Assembly: GCA_028534125.1 (NCBI GenBank)
Contig: CM052816.1
Span: forward strand, 19,344,001 to 19,408,000
Direction of reading: 5' to 3'
Origin: Lama glama
Taxonomy: Eukaryota
DNA length: 64,000 nucleotides
The translations under genes and the position numbers were made by a program. Below are positions 10,821-22,574 of the stretch, one piece after another. The notes beneath the pieces were generated by a model, which was given only the letters and a program-made list of their open reading frames with translations, ran no database searches and was not told the DNA's origin. Numbering within the stretch: position 1 is the stretch's first letter; the number at the start of each line of letters is the position of its first letter.

Positions 10821-12544
10821 CTGCCTCACAGGCTGTGCATCCATCTGCTCTGTCCCATGGCTGGGCTCTAGAAGGCAGTGGGTGCAGGGAGCTGGGCTGG
10901 GAAGATCTGGTAAGCATAGAGAAAGAAACCCAAGTCTGCTGGGTCTCCTTGCTTTCCTGGTAAGCCAGCCCTGGCATGTTACTGGGAGGGTGGAGTCACT
11001 AGCATGCCACAGACAAGGCTGCCACAGTCCATCAACAGACCCCATCTTGGGAAGCAGTGCAAGACCTCCCATGAAACCTGAGGGGCAGTGTCTGGGGTGG
11101 TGCCAGAGCCACCGGGACATCAGAAAGCCACTCTTCCCTGTACCACCCGATCATGTCTGCCCAAGTGCTGAAACAGAAGGCAGCTGGCCGAGCCACTTTG
11201 AGTCAGAGGGGTGTGGGTGATGCCAGGAAGCCAAGCCAAAAATTGACCTTCTCCCTGAGGTCACTGCCAACACAGTGGTGATCACATGGCAAGGATTTGC
11301 CAATGGCTTAACCCGCTTTGAAGGGGGTGGGGGCAACTCGATAGGCGTGTGATGTGACCCACATCGGAAAACCCACCAATCCCTTCCGCCAGCAAAGAAG
11401 GCCGGCCAGCCGGCAAGGTCCCCAGCAAAACCAGCACTGCGTGGCAAAGACAACCCCACGCACGCGCCCTCAGCCGCTGGCATCAGAGATGAGGCAGCTG
11501 CACCTTCCCCAGCCAGCATCACTTCTCTCAGCCCCCCCTAGGTAAACACACACCTGACTGCCCCTCGCTTTGAAATCTGGATCTCCAAGATGGAAACCTG
11601 GGGTTGTAAGTTATCAGACTTTGTTAACTTTGCCAGGCATCACCCACAGGACTGAGCACACTGTCAGGGTGTGGCCACCATCAGCCAAACCAGCCACATC
11701 TGCTTGTATTTCATCACCAACATGGTAAAGTTTGACTTTCAGCTGACCTTGAAATTCACAAACTCCAGCAGGGGAAGGGGTGGAAGTGGGGGAGAGGAGC
11801 CAAGTGAAAGCCGCTAAAAGGAAGCAGAAACAAAACAAGCTGGGGCTGCCCCATGCCCCCCCCAAATTAAAACCAAATGAACATATCAAAGGGCACTTTT
11901 CCTGGCTATTTTGGCTCCAACACTCCTCAGCTTTAATCAAGTCCCTGGGAGAGAAAGCCTCAAGTGGCTGTAATTTCCTACCTGCCTTCTTCACCTGCGC
12001 AGCTCGGGCCTGGATCTGGGAATTATTTGGGCTGATTTTCCCCTAATGCACAAACACTGCCACGACGCCTTCTTCCTAAGCCAGGCCTGGCTCCCTAGGC
12101 CCTGACAGAGGATGTCTGCCAGCCTGGGCTTTCTGGGCCCTGAGGAAGGCAGCAGGCTGGGAGGAAGGATTCATGCCCCTCTGGGGGTGTCTGCTCCAGA
12201 GAGGACCTCCATGTAGGCCCCCTCTCTGACAGACCAGCTCCCTCAGACAAAGACCTATTCAACTTGGGGATGTTGACTGACAGCTGTGGATACACCTCTG
12301 CCTTCCACTTCATGGTGCCTCCAGAGAAGAGGCAAGAGAGCATCTGGAGCCTGACCCTCAGCCCAAGTCCCACCTCTGTCCCCCTCGCTGTGGGACAACA
12401 GGTGAGCCCCGTCCCTTTCTGAGCCCTAGGTGCCCCCTCAGCAGAACAGGAAGACTGGAAAAGATCAGGAGTGACACAGCTCTTCCTAACCCAGCTACAC
12501 ATGTTAACAGATAAGTATAAATACAGCTCTTCGCTTGGCAAAGC

Positions 12545-12700
12545 CCCTTCATTCTGGCCTCACAAGAGCCCTAAAAGATAAGAATTGCAGCGGCTGCTCA
12601 GAGAGGGGAGGTAGGCTGCCTAAGGCCACACAGCTGGCAGGCAGTAGAGCTGGCACGAGACTAAGGTTCGTCTGACTGCTCCGTCTGTGCCATTCCACAG
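12545..12700 (-). mobile_element. MIR SINE fragment
   Basis: gctcagagagggg...tgcctaaggccacacagctggcaggcagtagagctgg. Confidence 0.65.
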
Positions 12701-13829
12701 TTCCATGGTGCCTCTAGGGGCCTTTCCAGCTCTGGCATTCACACATCTATTCCAAGACTTCTAGTGGTTGCACAAGGGGAATCTCCCCTAGAGAAATTAT
12801 AGTGTCTTGTGTTCAGAGCAAGTCCTCAGAGTCTCAGAGCAGAGGGAAAACAGATGAGAGAGGGGAAGCTAAAATAAGCAAGAGACACCAGGAGAGTGGC
12901 CAGGTTCCAGGCTCCAGGCTCCCTCAACCTGACCTGGAGAAAGAAGAGCATCGAGCACTAAGTTAGTACCTACTGCATACCAGTTGCTTTTCACACTTCG
13001 TCTCATTCCACCCGCTACAAGCCCTCGGAGACAGGAACTCTTATCCCCACTTGACAGAATCATTAGACAACTTGAGTGCTTACCTTCTATCAGGCACTGG
13101 ATGAGACAGCTGGGGCTCAGAATCAGTGAGGTACCCAGGTCCCCCTCAAGCTGGAGCACAGCCTCAAGCACACCAATGTAATTTGCGGGTGGGATCTCAC
13201 AAATATTCCACTTTCATTTTATGGTCTTGTTGTCTCTGACTCTGGAGGCTGCCTTTCGACAGTGTGTTCTAGGAAGCAGAGACCGTGAAGGAACTCCAGG
13301 CAATTGCTTGTGGGCTCTGTGGCCTCAGCTGGACTCCAAGGCTGGCTGCATCTGGGCTGGCAGGGGGATGGCTATCCTGCAATGCAATGCAGAGGGATCC
13401 ACGTCAGGTTTGCCTGGTGGACCGCTGGCCGGCAATGGTGTCACAGTCCCTGCAGGACACCGCATTCCAGGGGCTGGCGGCTCCATGGGCCAGCTCACCG
13501 GCACAGCCCGGGGCCCTGTCAGTGGGCAAGCCCAGCCCCAGCAGAGCATCCCTCCAGGCCGAGGCCAAGAGCAGCAAGCCTAGCCCCAAAAGATCTGAGC
13601 CCTGGCACCCGCGCTCTGCAGGTCCTCAGCCTCCTGTCTGTCCTCCCACTCCACCCCCAGGCAGCCCTGAGCTATGGGCCAGACAGGGCATCTTAGACCC
13701 TCTGCACAGAAGAGTCAACACCCAGAACAGCCAAGTGATGGGAACTCGCAAGACTGGCAAGACCCCCAAGTTTATAGAGCCCTCACCTCTAAGCCCAAAC
13801 CTCTGCCACTGCAAACATGCAGCCCTGCC

Positions 13830-13940
13830 AGGAGTAGGAATACAGACTTTGGGGTCAAATCCTGTTCTGACCTTAGCCTGTCTTAGGGTCAGCTTCCTCA
13901 TCAGTAAAATGAGGATATTAACAAGCAGCCTCAGAGAGGC
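13830..13940 (+). mobile_element. MIR SINE fragment
   Basis: cagactttggggtcaaatcctg...tcagcttcctcatcagtaaaatgaggatattaa. Confidence 0.6.
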
Positions 13941-15199
13941 ACTGACTATAAGAGGTGAGGAAGGAAATCAGGACACCTGGGAAGGAAACGGGGTCTGAGC
14001 ACGTGCAGGGTTGGACATGCCAATGAGGCATGGTATTGAGACACATTCGGTGCCCCATCAGCATTGGCAGGTGGCAGAGAGAGGCCCCAAAGGGGTGAGG
14101 ACGAAGCCAGGGAACAGAAAGGTGTGGGGCAGGCTAGCAGCAAGCTTGAATTGAGCACCTACCAAAAACGTGTGAGAGGGCAGGGGAGCTACCAAATATA
14201 CAAAGAGTCAGGTCCAGCCCTGTGATAACCCCAGCTCAGTGAGGTCTCTCTGCCACAGATAAACGCCCACCCTGCCCACATGGCCTTGATGTCCTACCCT
14301 GAGGCTTATTTCCAAGACCCTAAGGTGTGGTCTCACTCCCAGTCAGGGAAGTCCCTTGACTTCTGCCCTCCTTGGCCAGCTCTGGCCTCAAGGCCACAGC
14401 ACAGATCCAGCAGGTGTCTCCAAGCACTGGGGTCACCTCTGCCCACCTCAAGGATAAGCCCCTGCCACCCTCACAGGACACTTCTGTGCACTCTAGGCCC
14501 TTCTTTGGGGTCCCACAGTCTTGAGGCAGTGTAGCGGGTGGAGTCGAGGCAAGGACAGTGGGGAACAGGAATCTTGCTGATCAAGAGAACTCAGAGGGAC
14601 CCAGGAGCCTCCTACACCCCCACCCCCTGCCCAAGTAAGACCCCCACACCTGGGTAGGAGTCAGGGCAGGCCTCTCGAGGGTGGCTGGACAGCCTGAGTC
14701 CACAGGGGTGTGACACTGTAGAATGACCCAGAGGAGGAGGAAGCCAGTTTTCCACGTGAACCCTCTGCAAAGTACTGCCCCAAGCAGAGCCCTGCAGGAA
14801 ATGGAACAGTCCTGTTCCAGGTTCAAGTCCAAAGCCCGGCACTTGCCAGCTGTCAGGAAAGCCCTGAGCCACAGGTTCCTCGTATCTCAAATTGGAGGGA
14901 GGGGTGCACAGAGGAGCTGAAGGGAGCCGTCTGGTGGGTTCCCATCTCCCGTACCCAAGCCTTCTCACCACCTGGAGTCTTCCAGGGGCAGAAAGTCCCT
15001 GGACCCTGAGTGTCACATGGAATGGTCCCATAGCCAGGGCAGTTCCCCTTTGTAGGGTAAGCAAGAGTCAAACCAAAGGCCCTTATGGGGTCCCTAACAG
15101 TGGGCACCAAGTGCGGAGAGATCCCTGGCAAGTAGGGAGATCGGAGTCTCCCTCTAGGATGAGGGTGAGGGGAGCATTTCAGCCCTGATGCCCCCAGTA

Positions 15200-15910
15200 T
15201 AGGTTCCTGCTTTGATTAATTTCCCTTCGGGGGAGAAAACGACCTCTCTCCCCTTGGCCACAGCCAACATGGCTGCATTCCCCAGGCTGCAAACCCGAGC
15301 CCATGTGCCCCAGAGCAGGCAAGGGCCGCTTGCAGCTTCACTCTGCGCGCGCGCAGCACCTCAGCTGGAAGGCTTCTTGACAATTATTGGCAGGGCCTGG
15401 CTACCCGAGGACGAGCTGGGGGAGGGGAGGCAGGAAGAAAAGCCAATTTTGTTTCCCGGGGAGAAACGATTGCTGCTGACAGCTGTCCGTAGGAAAGCTG
15501 AAGCGCATGCCCATGTAATCTAAACNNNNNNNNNNNNNNNNNNNNNNNNNNNNNNNNNNNNNNNNNNNNNNNNNNNNNNNNNNNNNNNNNNNNNNNNNNN
15601 NNNNNNNNNNNNNNNNNNNNNNNNNNNNNNNNNNNNNNNNNNNNNNNNNNNNNNNNNNNNNNNNNNNNNNNNNNNNNNNNNNNNNNNNNNNNNNNNNNNN
15701 NNNNNNNNNNNNNNNNNNNNNGACAGGTAGCAAACGCCTCTTTAATAAACCGCGCGAGCAGCCAGAGCGAGCCAGGCTGTGGAGAGGGACTTGACAAATA
15801 GGTAGATTTGCAACCGGGGAGCATTAGCAGGGCCAGACGGAGCAGTGAGCAAGGGAATGTTGGGGCTGTGAGATAAATCGCCTCTTGTTATTGTGATTTA
15901 ACCATCTCAC
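15200..15910. promoter_or_regulatory. Candidate conserved non-coding element / enhancer surrounding an N-block
   Basis: TGATTAAT, TGCGCGCGCGCA 15344-15355, TGACAGCTGTC 15477-15487, TAATCT, TTAATAAA, retained CpGs on both sides of the N run. Confidence 0.5.
15526..15721. other. N-block, 196 nt (gap or hard-masked segment)
   Basis: Run of n seen directly. Confidence 0.95.
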
Positions 15911-16357
15911 TGCTGGAGCCCCTGTCTGCCCTCTCCCAAAGGCAGACTCTGGGCCCAGGACTGCAAGCTGCAACTTGGTTCTCTGAGCTCATCGCCTGTG
16001 TGGCATAGCAAAACTTCCATATCAGTCTACAGATCTTTTGAGAATAGTCCCTGACCTTCCCTCATCTCCATCCCAGTCTGTGCTATTTTTTTTTTCAGTA
16101 ATCCTAATTTTAAGAAAAACTAACATTTACTCAGCACTCATCATGTTTTTCCACTGTACTGCCCTAAGTCACAGAAGCTTACTTGCCTCTCGTTACATTT
16201 CCCTTGATGGGACTATTTACTCCATTGCACAATCAGTTTCTCACCCACGTCTCTCTCCCTGTCCTCTAGTTTCTCCCCCTTTCCTCAGTCCAAGCCTCTA
16301 GTTTCTCCACTGTCCTGAATCCAAAGGCACTGGGTTTAGGATGTTGGGTTGTGCCTG

Positions 16358-16562
16358 GAGAGGTGCTGGCAAGTGTAGAACAGTCAGCTCTCATGGAAAA
16401 TAAGTAAATAACAACCTGATTTGTAGTGTTTGCCAATTTCTATGCTGTAAGTACTCACACTGGCCGATTTCAAGCTTCCAGCGGGAGGTCACCAAACTCA
16501 GTTGGGAAGAAATAGGCACAATTGGTCGAGTGGCTTGTGTGAGCAGGCTCCAGCACCCTGCT
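16358..16562 (-). mobile_element. MER63A-like hAT DNA transposon (MITE)
   Basis: Reverse complement reads gtgctggagcc...tcttcccaact...agcttgaaatcggcca...ggcaaacactacaaatcagg...ccagcac; terminal inverted GTGCTGG/CCAGCAC. Confidence 0.75.
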
Positions 16563-16769
16563 GATTCTGTTCCTCTGCTGTCCCATCCCCTTCCCCTCAG
16601 CCCAAAGGAAAACACTTCAACCTTAAATTCCATGAATTCACACACACACAGCCTCCTCCCCTAACCCCAGCCATACTCTCCCCCACACTGCTCCTGCGCA
16701 AGAAGACTGCAAGAAGGCTTTTATCAGCAACTCCTCACCTCAGATGATTCAAATCACTGCTCCATCACT

Positions 16770-16930
16770 TCAGAACACCTGTGTGACTCTGGGCGCATTC
16801 CATAACCACTCTGTGCCTTTGTTTCCACATCTATAAGTGGAAAGCATAGCTCATGGGGAAGGTGAGGGTTAACTGAGGCAACACATGGCACAGTACCTGG
16901 CCCCCAGTAGACGCTCAGTAATGTTGACGC
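16770..16930 (+). mobile_element. MIR SINE
   Basis: tgtgactctgggc...ctctgtgcctttgtttccacatctataa...cagtacctggc...gtagacgctcagtaatgttg. Confidence 0.7.
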
Positions 16931-17159
16931 TCATCCTCCTTGTCACCCACCCAACGAAGGCGTCTCTCATGCAGATGCAGCGGGATGCTTCCTTGTCCTC
17001 ACCCTGGGGCTTGCCACGCTGCTGAGGGCTGCCTGAGCAGGACTAGGGGTTTGTCTGGTTCTCAAGTGCAAACAGATGGAGTTGCGGTTGGGACGAGAGT
17101 AGAACCATGAACTCCTGCCCCGCTCCCTACACCACCAGCTCTCCTCCTGAGGCTCCAGC

Positions 17160-17346
17160 GCGGCTGCTCTCCACCTCCGCTGTGGCTGCACATTGGAACC
17201 ACCTGGGGAGTTTTAACATCTATTCAGGCTGGGTTTCTTATCCACTCAGATTCTGATTTAACAAATCCTGGGTGCCGGCTGAGCATCGGGATTCTTCTTT
17301 AATCTCTCCAGGTGATTCTAGTGTGCAGCCAAGATTGAGAACCACG
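17160..17346. mobile_element. MER5A-like hAT-Charlie MITE
   Basis: ggctgcacattggaaccacctggggagtttt...agattctgattta...ccaggtgattctagtgtgcagccaagattgagaaccac; internal inverted symmetry. Confidence 0.75.
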
Positions 17347-17919
17347 TGAAGACGGGTGAGCAGGACTACCTAAAGTAGCCCTGAGCACAACTGTGAGCAC
17401 TCAGCTTTTGTTCCAAGCAGGCTGTGGTCTCAGAGCACGTTTGAATGCATCCTTCCTGGTGTCCAAAGTTCCCAGCCCAGCACATCCCTGTGGCTGAAGT
17501 GACCCACAGAGACCATGTTGCAGAAGGAATTCCAGTAACTAATGGGGCACAGGACTGGGAAGGCTGTAAGGCCTCCATGACCCGGGATGCTGTGTCTCCA
17601 TGCAACCCCGCTGCCTGCCTCTTTGTGCCTGGACTCTCCGGCTCCAGAAACCGGCAAGGCTGTGGTCATGTGAAAAGCATTCTTGAGGGCTGTGCGTGCA
17701 CAATCAACATGACTGTGCACAGGGGCCAGGACCAAAGGCAGCAAACACAATGTTTGGGTGGGTGGCCAAGACCCCTAGTGCCCCCTGCAAAAAAAAGAGT
17801 GTAATTGCTGTCCCCCAATGTAATTCTACAGAGGCTGGTTCTGTGGGCCATTTATTGGGGTTAATGGCTAGAGATCCTTGGATCAGATACACCTGAAGAA
17901 GCTGGATTAGAAAAAGCTA

Positions 17920-18092
17920 AATCCATTTCTTTACTATAGGACTTCTCAGAGTCTTGGTAGAACAATGAGCATGAGGAATCTCCAAGAGAGGAGATAAGAA
18001 GCAGTGCTTCTCAAACTTTTTAGATCATGGAAACTTTTTTCCTTATAGTATCTCTCAGGACCGGCAATCCACAAAACAGGTGTGGCAAAGGC
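17920..18092 (-). mobile_element. hAT-Charlie fragment (Charlie4z-like)
   Basis: ggacttctcagag...gaatctccaagagagga...gcagtgcttctcaaactt...gatcatggaaactttttt. Confidence 0.55.
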
Positions 18093-18269
18093 TAAGGAAA
18101 ATCACATGCTCCACCATGACATCAGGCAGAAGGGAACCCTGCCTATCCCCGTCCCCACCAAAGGACGGTCACCAGTAGGAGAAGCTGCTCTGGAAGCACA
18201 GGAGGAAGACTCTCAGCCCAGGATCCACTCCAGATCCCACAAAGAGGCTTGAACAGGCTTGGGCAAAGC

Positions 18270-18720
18270 GTGGATTATGTAAATACGTATTTGGGGACTT
18301 TTTAAACACAGATTATTCACCCAATTAACTCTAATGGCCCCTCAGANNNNNNNNNNNNNNNNNNNNNNNNNNNNNNNNNNNNNNNNNNNNNNNNNNNNNN
18401 NNNNNNNNNNNNNNNNNNNNNNNNNNNNNNNNNNNNNNNNNNNNNNNNNNNNNNNNNNNNNNNNNNNNNNNNNNNNNNNNNNNNNNNNNNNNNNNNNNNN
18501 NNNNNNNNNNNNNNNNNNAATAAAAAGAAGGATCCAGCCCCCTTAGAGCAAGCAGGGAGCTCTCTGGGTACAGATTTTATATATATTTTCATTTGCCATA
18601 AAACATACATTATATGACACAGAACATCTGGTAGCCTCTGGTAGCCTAGCTCTTTCCCAATAATGGGAGAAATTGTAGATTTCTCTCCAGCAGCCACTTA
18701 TATTCACATATTCTAAACGT
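18270..18720. promoter_or_regulatory. Candidate conserved enhancer surrounding an N-block
   Basis: GGATTA 18272, TTATGTAA 18275, TGTAAATA 18278, CCAATTAA 18321, CTAATGG 18331, GCCATAAAA 18595, CCACTTA 18694. Confidence 0.45.
18347..18518. other. N-block, 172 nt (gap or hard-masked segment)
   Basis: Run of n seen directly. Confidence 0.95.
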
Positions 18721-19149
18721 TTCCCACTGGATACAACACAGCCGGGAGCGTGGCCAAACCCATGCCTGCCTCAGGGAGGCGGTGGGAGACCCGCCCCAGC
18801 TGGCTCTGCCTGAGAGCGAGGAGGCCAGGCACCCCAGCCCTAGCATGGACATCCCAGGAGAAGCTGGGCCTCCCCCAGGAGAAGGCCAGGGCCACCTCCC
18901 CAACACAGAGAGCCCTGGAGTCCAAGGGAATGTGTCCATGGTCAAGTCTGCTGACTGATGGGGGGCTGGGGGCTAACTTTCCAGTCTCGACCAGGAACAA
19001 GTCTTCCAAAATGCTTTGGGCACTAAGGGGTGGTGGCAAAGACCTGGAGTCTGAGGACCCATCCCTGCTGCAGGGTGCTGTACATCTGATCTTCCCTTGG
19101 CCCCCACCTGCTCTCCGCACACGCATGCCTCCTGTCACAAGAGCCGGAA

Positions 19150-19655
19150 CAGAAACTCAGGGGTCATTGTTTTTCTCCCCTTCCCTCACTGCTCATGTCC
19201 CAACCATCACCACCCCTCCTAACCTGACCTCCAGAATCTCTCCACAGCCACACCTCCCCCATCAATCAGCCAAGTCTCTCCCCAGGACAACTGCCCACCC
19301 TCATCGGTCTCCCAGCTTCCTCTCTGGTCCTTCTCAATCCATTGTCTGCTTCAGGGGGTATAAATGTGACTGTGTCCCAGTTTGGCCCAGAATCCTCCCT
19401 ACTACTCTCAGGATAAAGACCTTAACACAGCTCGTGATGAACTGGGTCCCACTCACCTCTGCCCAGGACCCTCTTCCCTCCTATCTTCTCCAAGTTACCT
19501 CTCACTTCGCCTGCAGAGCTTAGCTCAAACAGCATAATCCTCTGGGATCCCAGTATGGGCTCTCACAACTCCTTGGTAGCAGATACCTGAACAAAAAGTA
19601 CTCCCAGTGCCTAGCCTTGGCGCACAGTGAGGTCCAGTAACTATTTGTTGAATAA
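19150..19655 (+). mobile_element. L2 LINE 3' portion, degraded
   Basis: Pyrimidine-rich L2-like body ending cccagtgcctagccttggcgcacagtgaggtccagtaactatttgttgaataa. Confidence 0.65.
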
Positions 19656-20869
19656 AAGGGCCTCCCCAAGATAAACAACGAGGGGGCAAGGCATCTCCAG
19701 GCCTGGCACTGAGAATGGGGGTGGAAGCAGGGATAGAAGAAAGGCCAGGCACGTCCTCCCTCCATCCAGTCCTCCCAACGGCCCTGCGCTATGAAGGTCA
19801 TAGGTCAGCACTGTGAATTGTATAGTAAACAGGCCCAGGGAAGTAACAGGCAGAGCCAGGAAGGTGAAGGTAGCGTTTGAACCCCCACCCAGCTGACTCC
19901 AATCTAATCAGGATGGCTGGTGCTCATTCGTGCAGACAGTGGAGGAGGCCGGGAAGGTCCAAGCAGAGGAATCACCATGATCAAAAGTATGGTGGGGTGA
20001 GGCAGCTGGCATGTTTGGGAATTGCGAGAGGGCAGCAGAGCTGGAGAAACTTCTAGAGAAGAGAGCAGAAAGCCAGAGCAGTCTGCAGAGCCCAGGGAAG
20101 GAGGCCACCGCACGCCAGCCTGAGAAGCCTGGGTGTTATCCTGGATGACAGAGAGTGTGACCTCAAACTTCTCCCCCACGCAGGAGACGGTCGCCAGCTG
20201 CTTCAGCGCTGTAAGCAGGGGAGCCCCATTTGGACGTCTTTGCAGGCGAGCATCACTTCATCAGGACCAGCACAAAACAAACACACAGACGAGCAAATGA
20301 ACGGCAAGCACTTCCCTCTCAAAACCATGCTCTCAAGTAGCAGTTAGCATCCCTTTAGAACCTAAGGGCAAAATATGCGCTGCTCCCAGGAGTCTTCTGA
20401 GAGCTCCTAGGACTGGACAGGAGGAATATTTGGGGCCCAAAGAGAGTGTTTGAGAATGAGCAACATCACACCACCCCATTCCAAATGCAATACACTCCTT
20501 CACTAGGAACCTACCATGTGGACAGCGGTTAAGTTCTGGCGATGCTTCGTTTGAAGTGCGGCTCCCACGCCCTCCCCTCTCACCTGCTACCCAAATGCCC
20601 CTTTCCCACTTCACAGGAGAATAAAGCACTGCCAGACTTTTAACACCAGATCCATATTATCTCCCTAATCCCTAGTCCTCAGCATTTCTCTCGGGTCTGT
20701 CGTCACCACAGCTCTCTGCTGGATTATAACCTCCCGCAGGGCTGAATGAGCCCATTTCACGCCTTTGAATGGCCCCCAGCGAGTGCGGGCAAGCACCTGA
20801 TGCCCACTGAGGCCTGAAAGCATCTCAGTGTTTACACATCATCTTGTGTTTACACATTGACTAATGCCC

Positions 20870-21300
20870 AATCCACCAGGCAACCAACATTTCCTGAGGG
20901 CCTACTATGCACCAGACACTGATGAGAATACAAAACAGTGTGAAATACAAGATGATTGCCTCATTGGTTCCACAAGATTTTATCTCATGAAAACTTAACA
21001 AGAATGCAAACTGTAAGGAGAAGTTGGAGAGAAGGGGTGTCCCAGGGCAGTCTGTGTTCCAGTACCAGGGGAATGATGCTGAAGAACGCTATCAGCTTGC
21101 AGGGGAGGAGAGTGCCAGAAATCTGGATGAGGCTGGGGAGAGAAGCCTTTGCAGAAGAGCCAGAGAAAGATCTGAGCTGAGCCTTCAAGCATCACCAGAA
21201 TTTTAATATATGGAGGAAAGGGAGACACCAGTACAGCTGGGCAGAGGGGGCCAAGGTCAAAGCACTAAAGAGAAGACTGCCCAGGACTTGATGGAAAATT
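20870..21300 (-). mobile_element. L2 LINE 3' portion
   Basis: caacatttcctgagggcctactatgcaccagacactg...atctgagctgagccttcaag...gggcagagggggcc. Confidence 0.65.
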
Positions 21301-21387
21301 GTACCCCCAGACCCTGGACAAGGCACTCTGTGATCTGAGTCAGACAGCACTGTGGGGACACAACCCCCACACAAAGACTAACATCTC

Positions 21388-21445
21388 TATGTACATGTGT
21401 ATATGTGTGTGTGTCCATGCATACACACACATGCACATGCTGCAT
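21388..21445. repeat. Degenerate purine/pyrimidine-alternating (TG/CA/TA) microsatellite
   Basis: tatgtacatgtgtatatgtgtgtgtgtccatgcatacacacacatgcacatgc. Confidence 0.7.
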
Positions 21446-21849
21446 CCCTGGCCAAGGTGACTATGCAAATCTGAAGCCGGGCTCTTTCTCCCATGGGAAG
21501 CAGCCAGCTGGCAATACTTAGGACACTGAAAGCACTACCAGGCGGTGCCAAACTCAGCAGCGATGCTTATCATGTTCTTGTATAACTCCCATGGTATCAG
21601 CTGTGAAGACCATAGGATCAGGGAGGGCCTGGATCAGAGGCCCCCACATACCACCCTCCAACACTTCTATAGCCATTTAGCAAGGCATGACCCCAGGGCC
21701 ATCCCAGAGTTCCAGGAGATGAGGTTGGAGTTTTGACTTGACACCTTCCTACCACTGTCCCTGAGAGCCAAGAGCTGTTCCAGTTCTTACTCAACAGGCC
21801 TCATCACAGGGTGTGGATTTCAGAATGTCCCTGAGATCCCCAGAGCATG

Positions 21850-21962
21850 GGGATCTAAGGCAAGTCCTGTCCCTTCTCTGGGCATCAGCTTCTTGGTCTA
21901 AACATGGTAGGGGTGGACTGTGTGACTTCTTAGGACCCCTCTAGTCTACAACTCTAAGACTC
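21850..21962 (+). mobile_element. MIR3-type SINE fragment
   Basis: ggcaagtc...cttctctgggcatcagcttc...ggtggactgtgtgacttcttaggacccctctagtcta. Confidence 0.55.
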
Positions 21963-22574
21963 AAAGGAATCATGTTAATGCCCATCTGTTCAGCAATGGG
22001 GCAAGAGTTCACCTGGGCACCAGCTGACTCACTTCTACAAGGAAGACCGCCCGCCAGCTGTGTCTGCAGTGGAATCTTGTGTAACAGCTCGGAGACCGGG
22101 CACAGATAATCCCATGACCACGCCAGCAGTCAGCTCTGTTGTGACACTGGTTTGGGGATACAAGGTCAGTGATCTGGGAGTCTCAGACTCAGCACCCTCT
22201 GACCGGGCCTGGGTTTGGGGTGAGCCTCCAGTCCCCAAGCCTCTGTTTTCAGCGTTGTGCAGTGAGGGCAGTTACCTCCCAGCTGGTATTCTCTAAGCCG
22301 CCCCTCCCACATGTCCCGAAGGGGAGGGAGTGGGGTCATACAGCACAGGACAGGGTGGCGGGAAGGGCCAGGCTTACAGGCAAGCACTCCTGGTTCTGAT
22401 TCCTGGCTGATCCTCTTATTACCTTTTTGAACTTATGTGACTCGTACATTGCAAGCCTTGGCTACATTAGGGACATCGTACCTACACCCTGCAAGGTGTT
22501 GGGAAAGACTTGAGATCGAGTTTGTAAAGTACCTGAACATAGCAGAAACTCAAAGATTAGGCATTATTATCAAA

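Noticed and set aside
13285-13998. 237-aa ORF on +
   Set aside because: Contains translated MIR sequence (VSFLISKMRIL) and has no domain.
15478-15505. REST/RE1-like half-sites (also CACGGACAG at about 57008)
   Set aside because: The left half is degenerate or missing and the spacing is non-canonical.
18750-19523. 257-aa ORF on +
   Set aside because: The second half overlaps an L2 remnant; no homology recognised.
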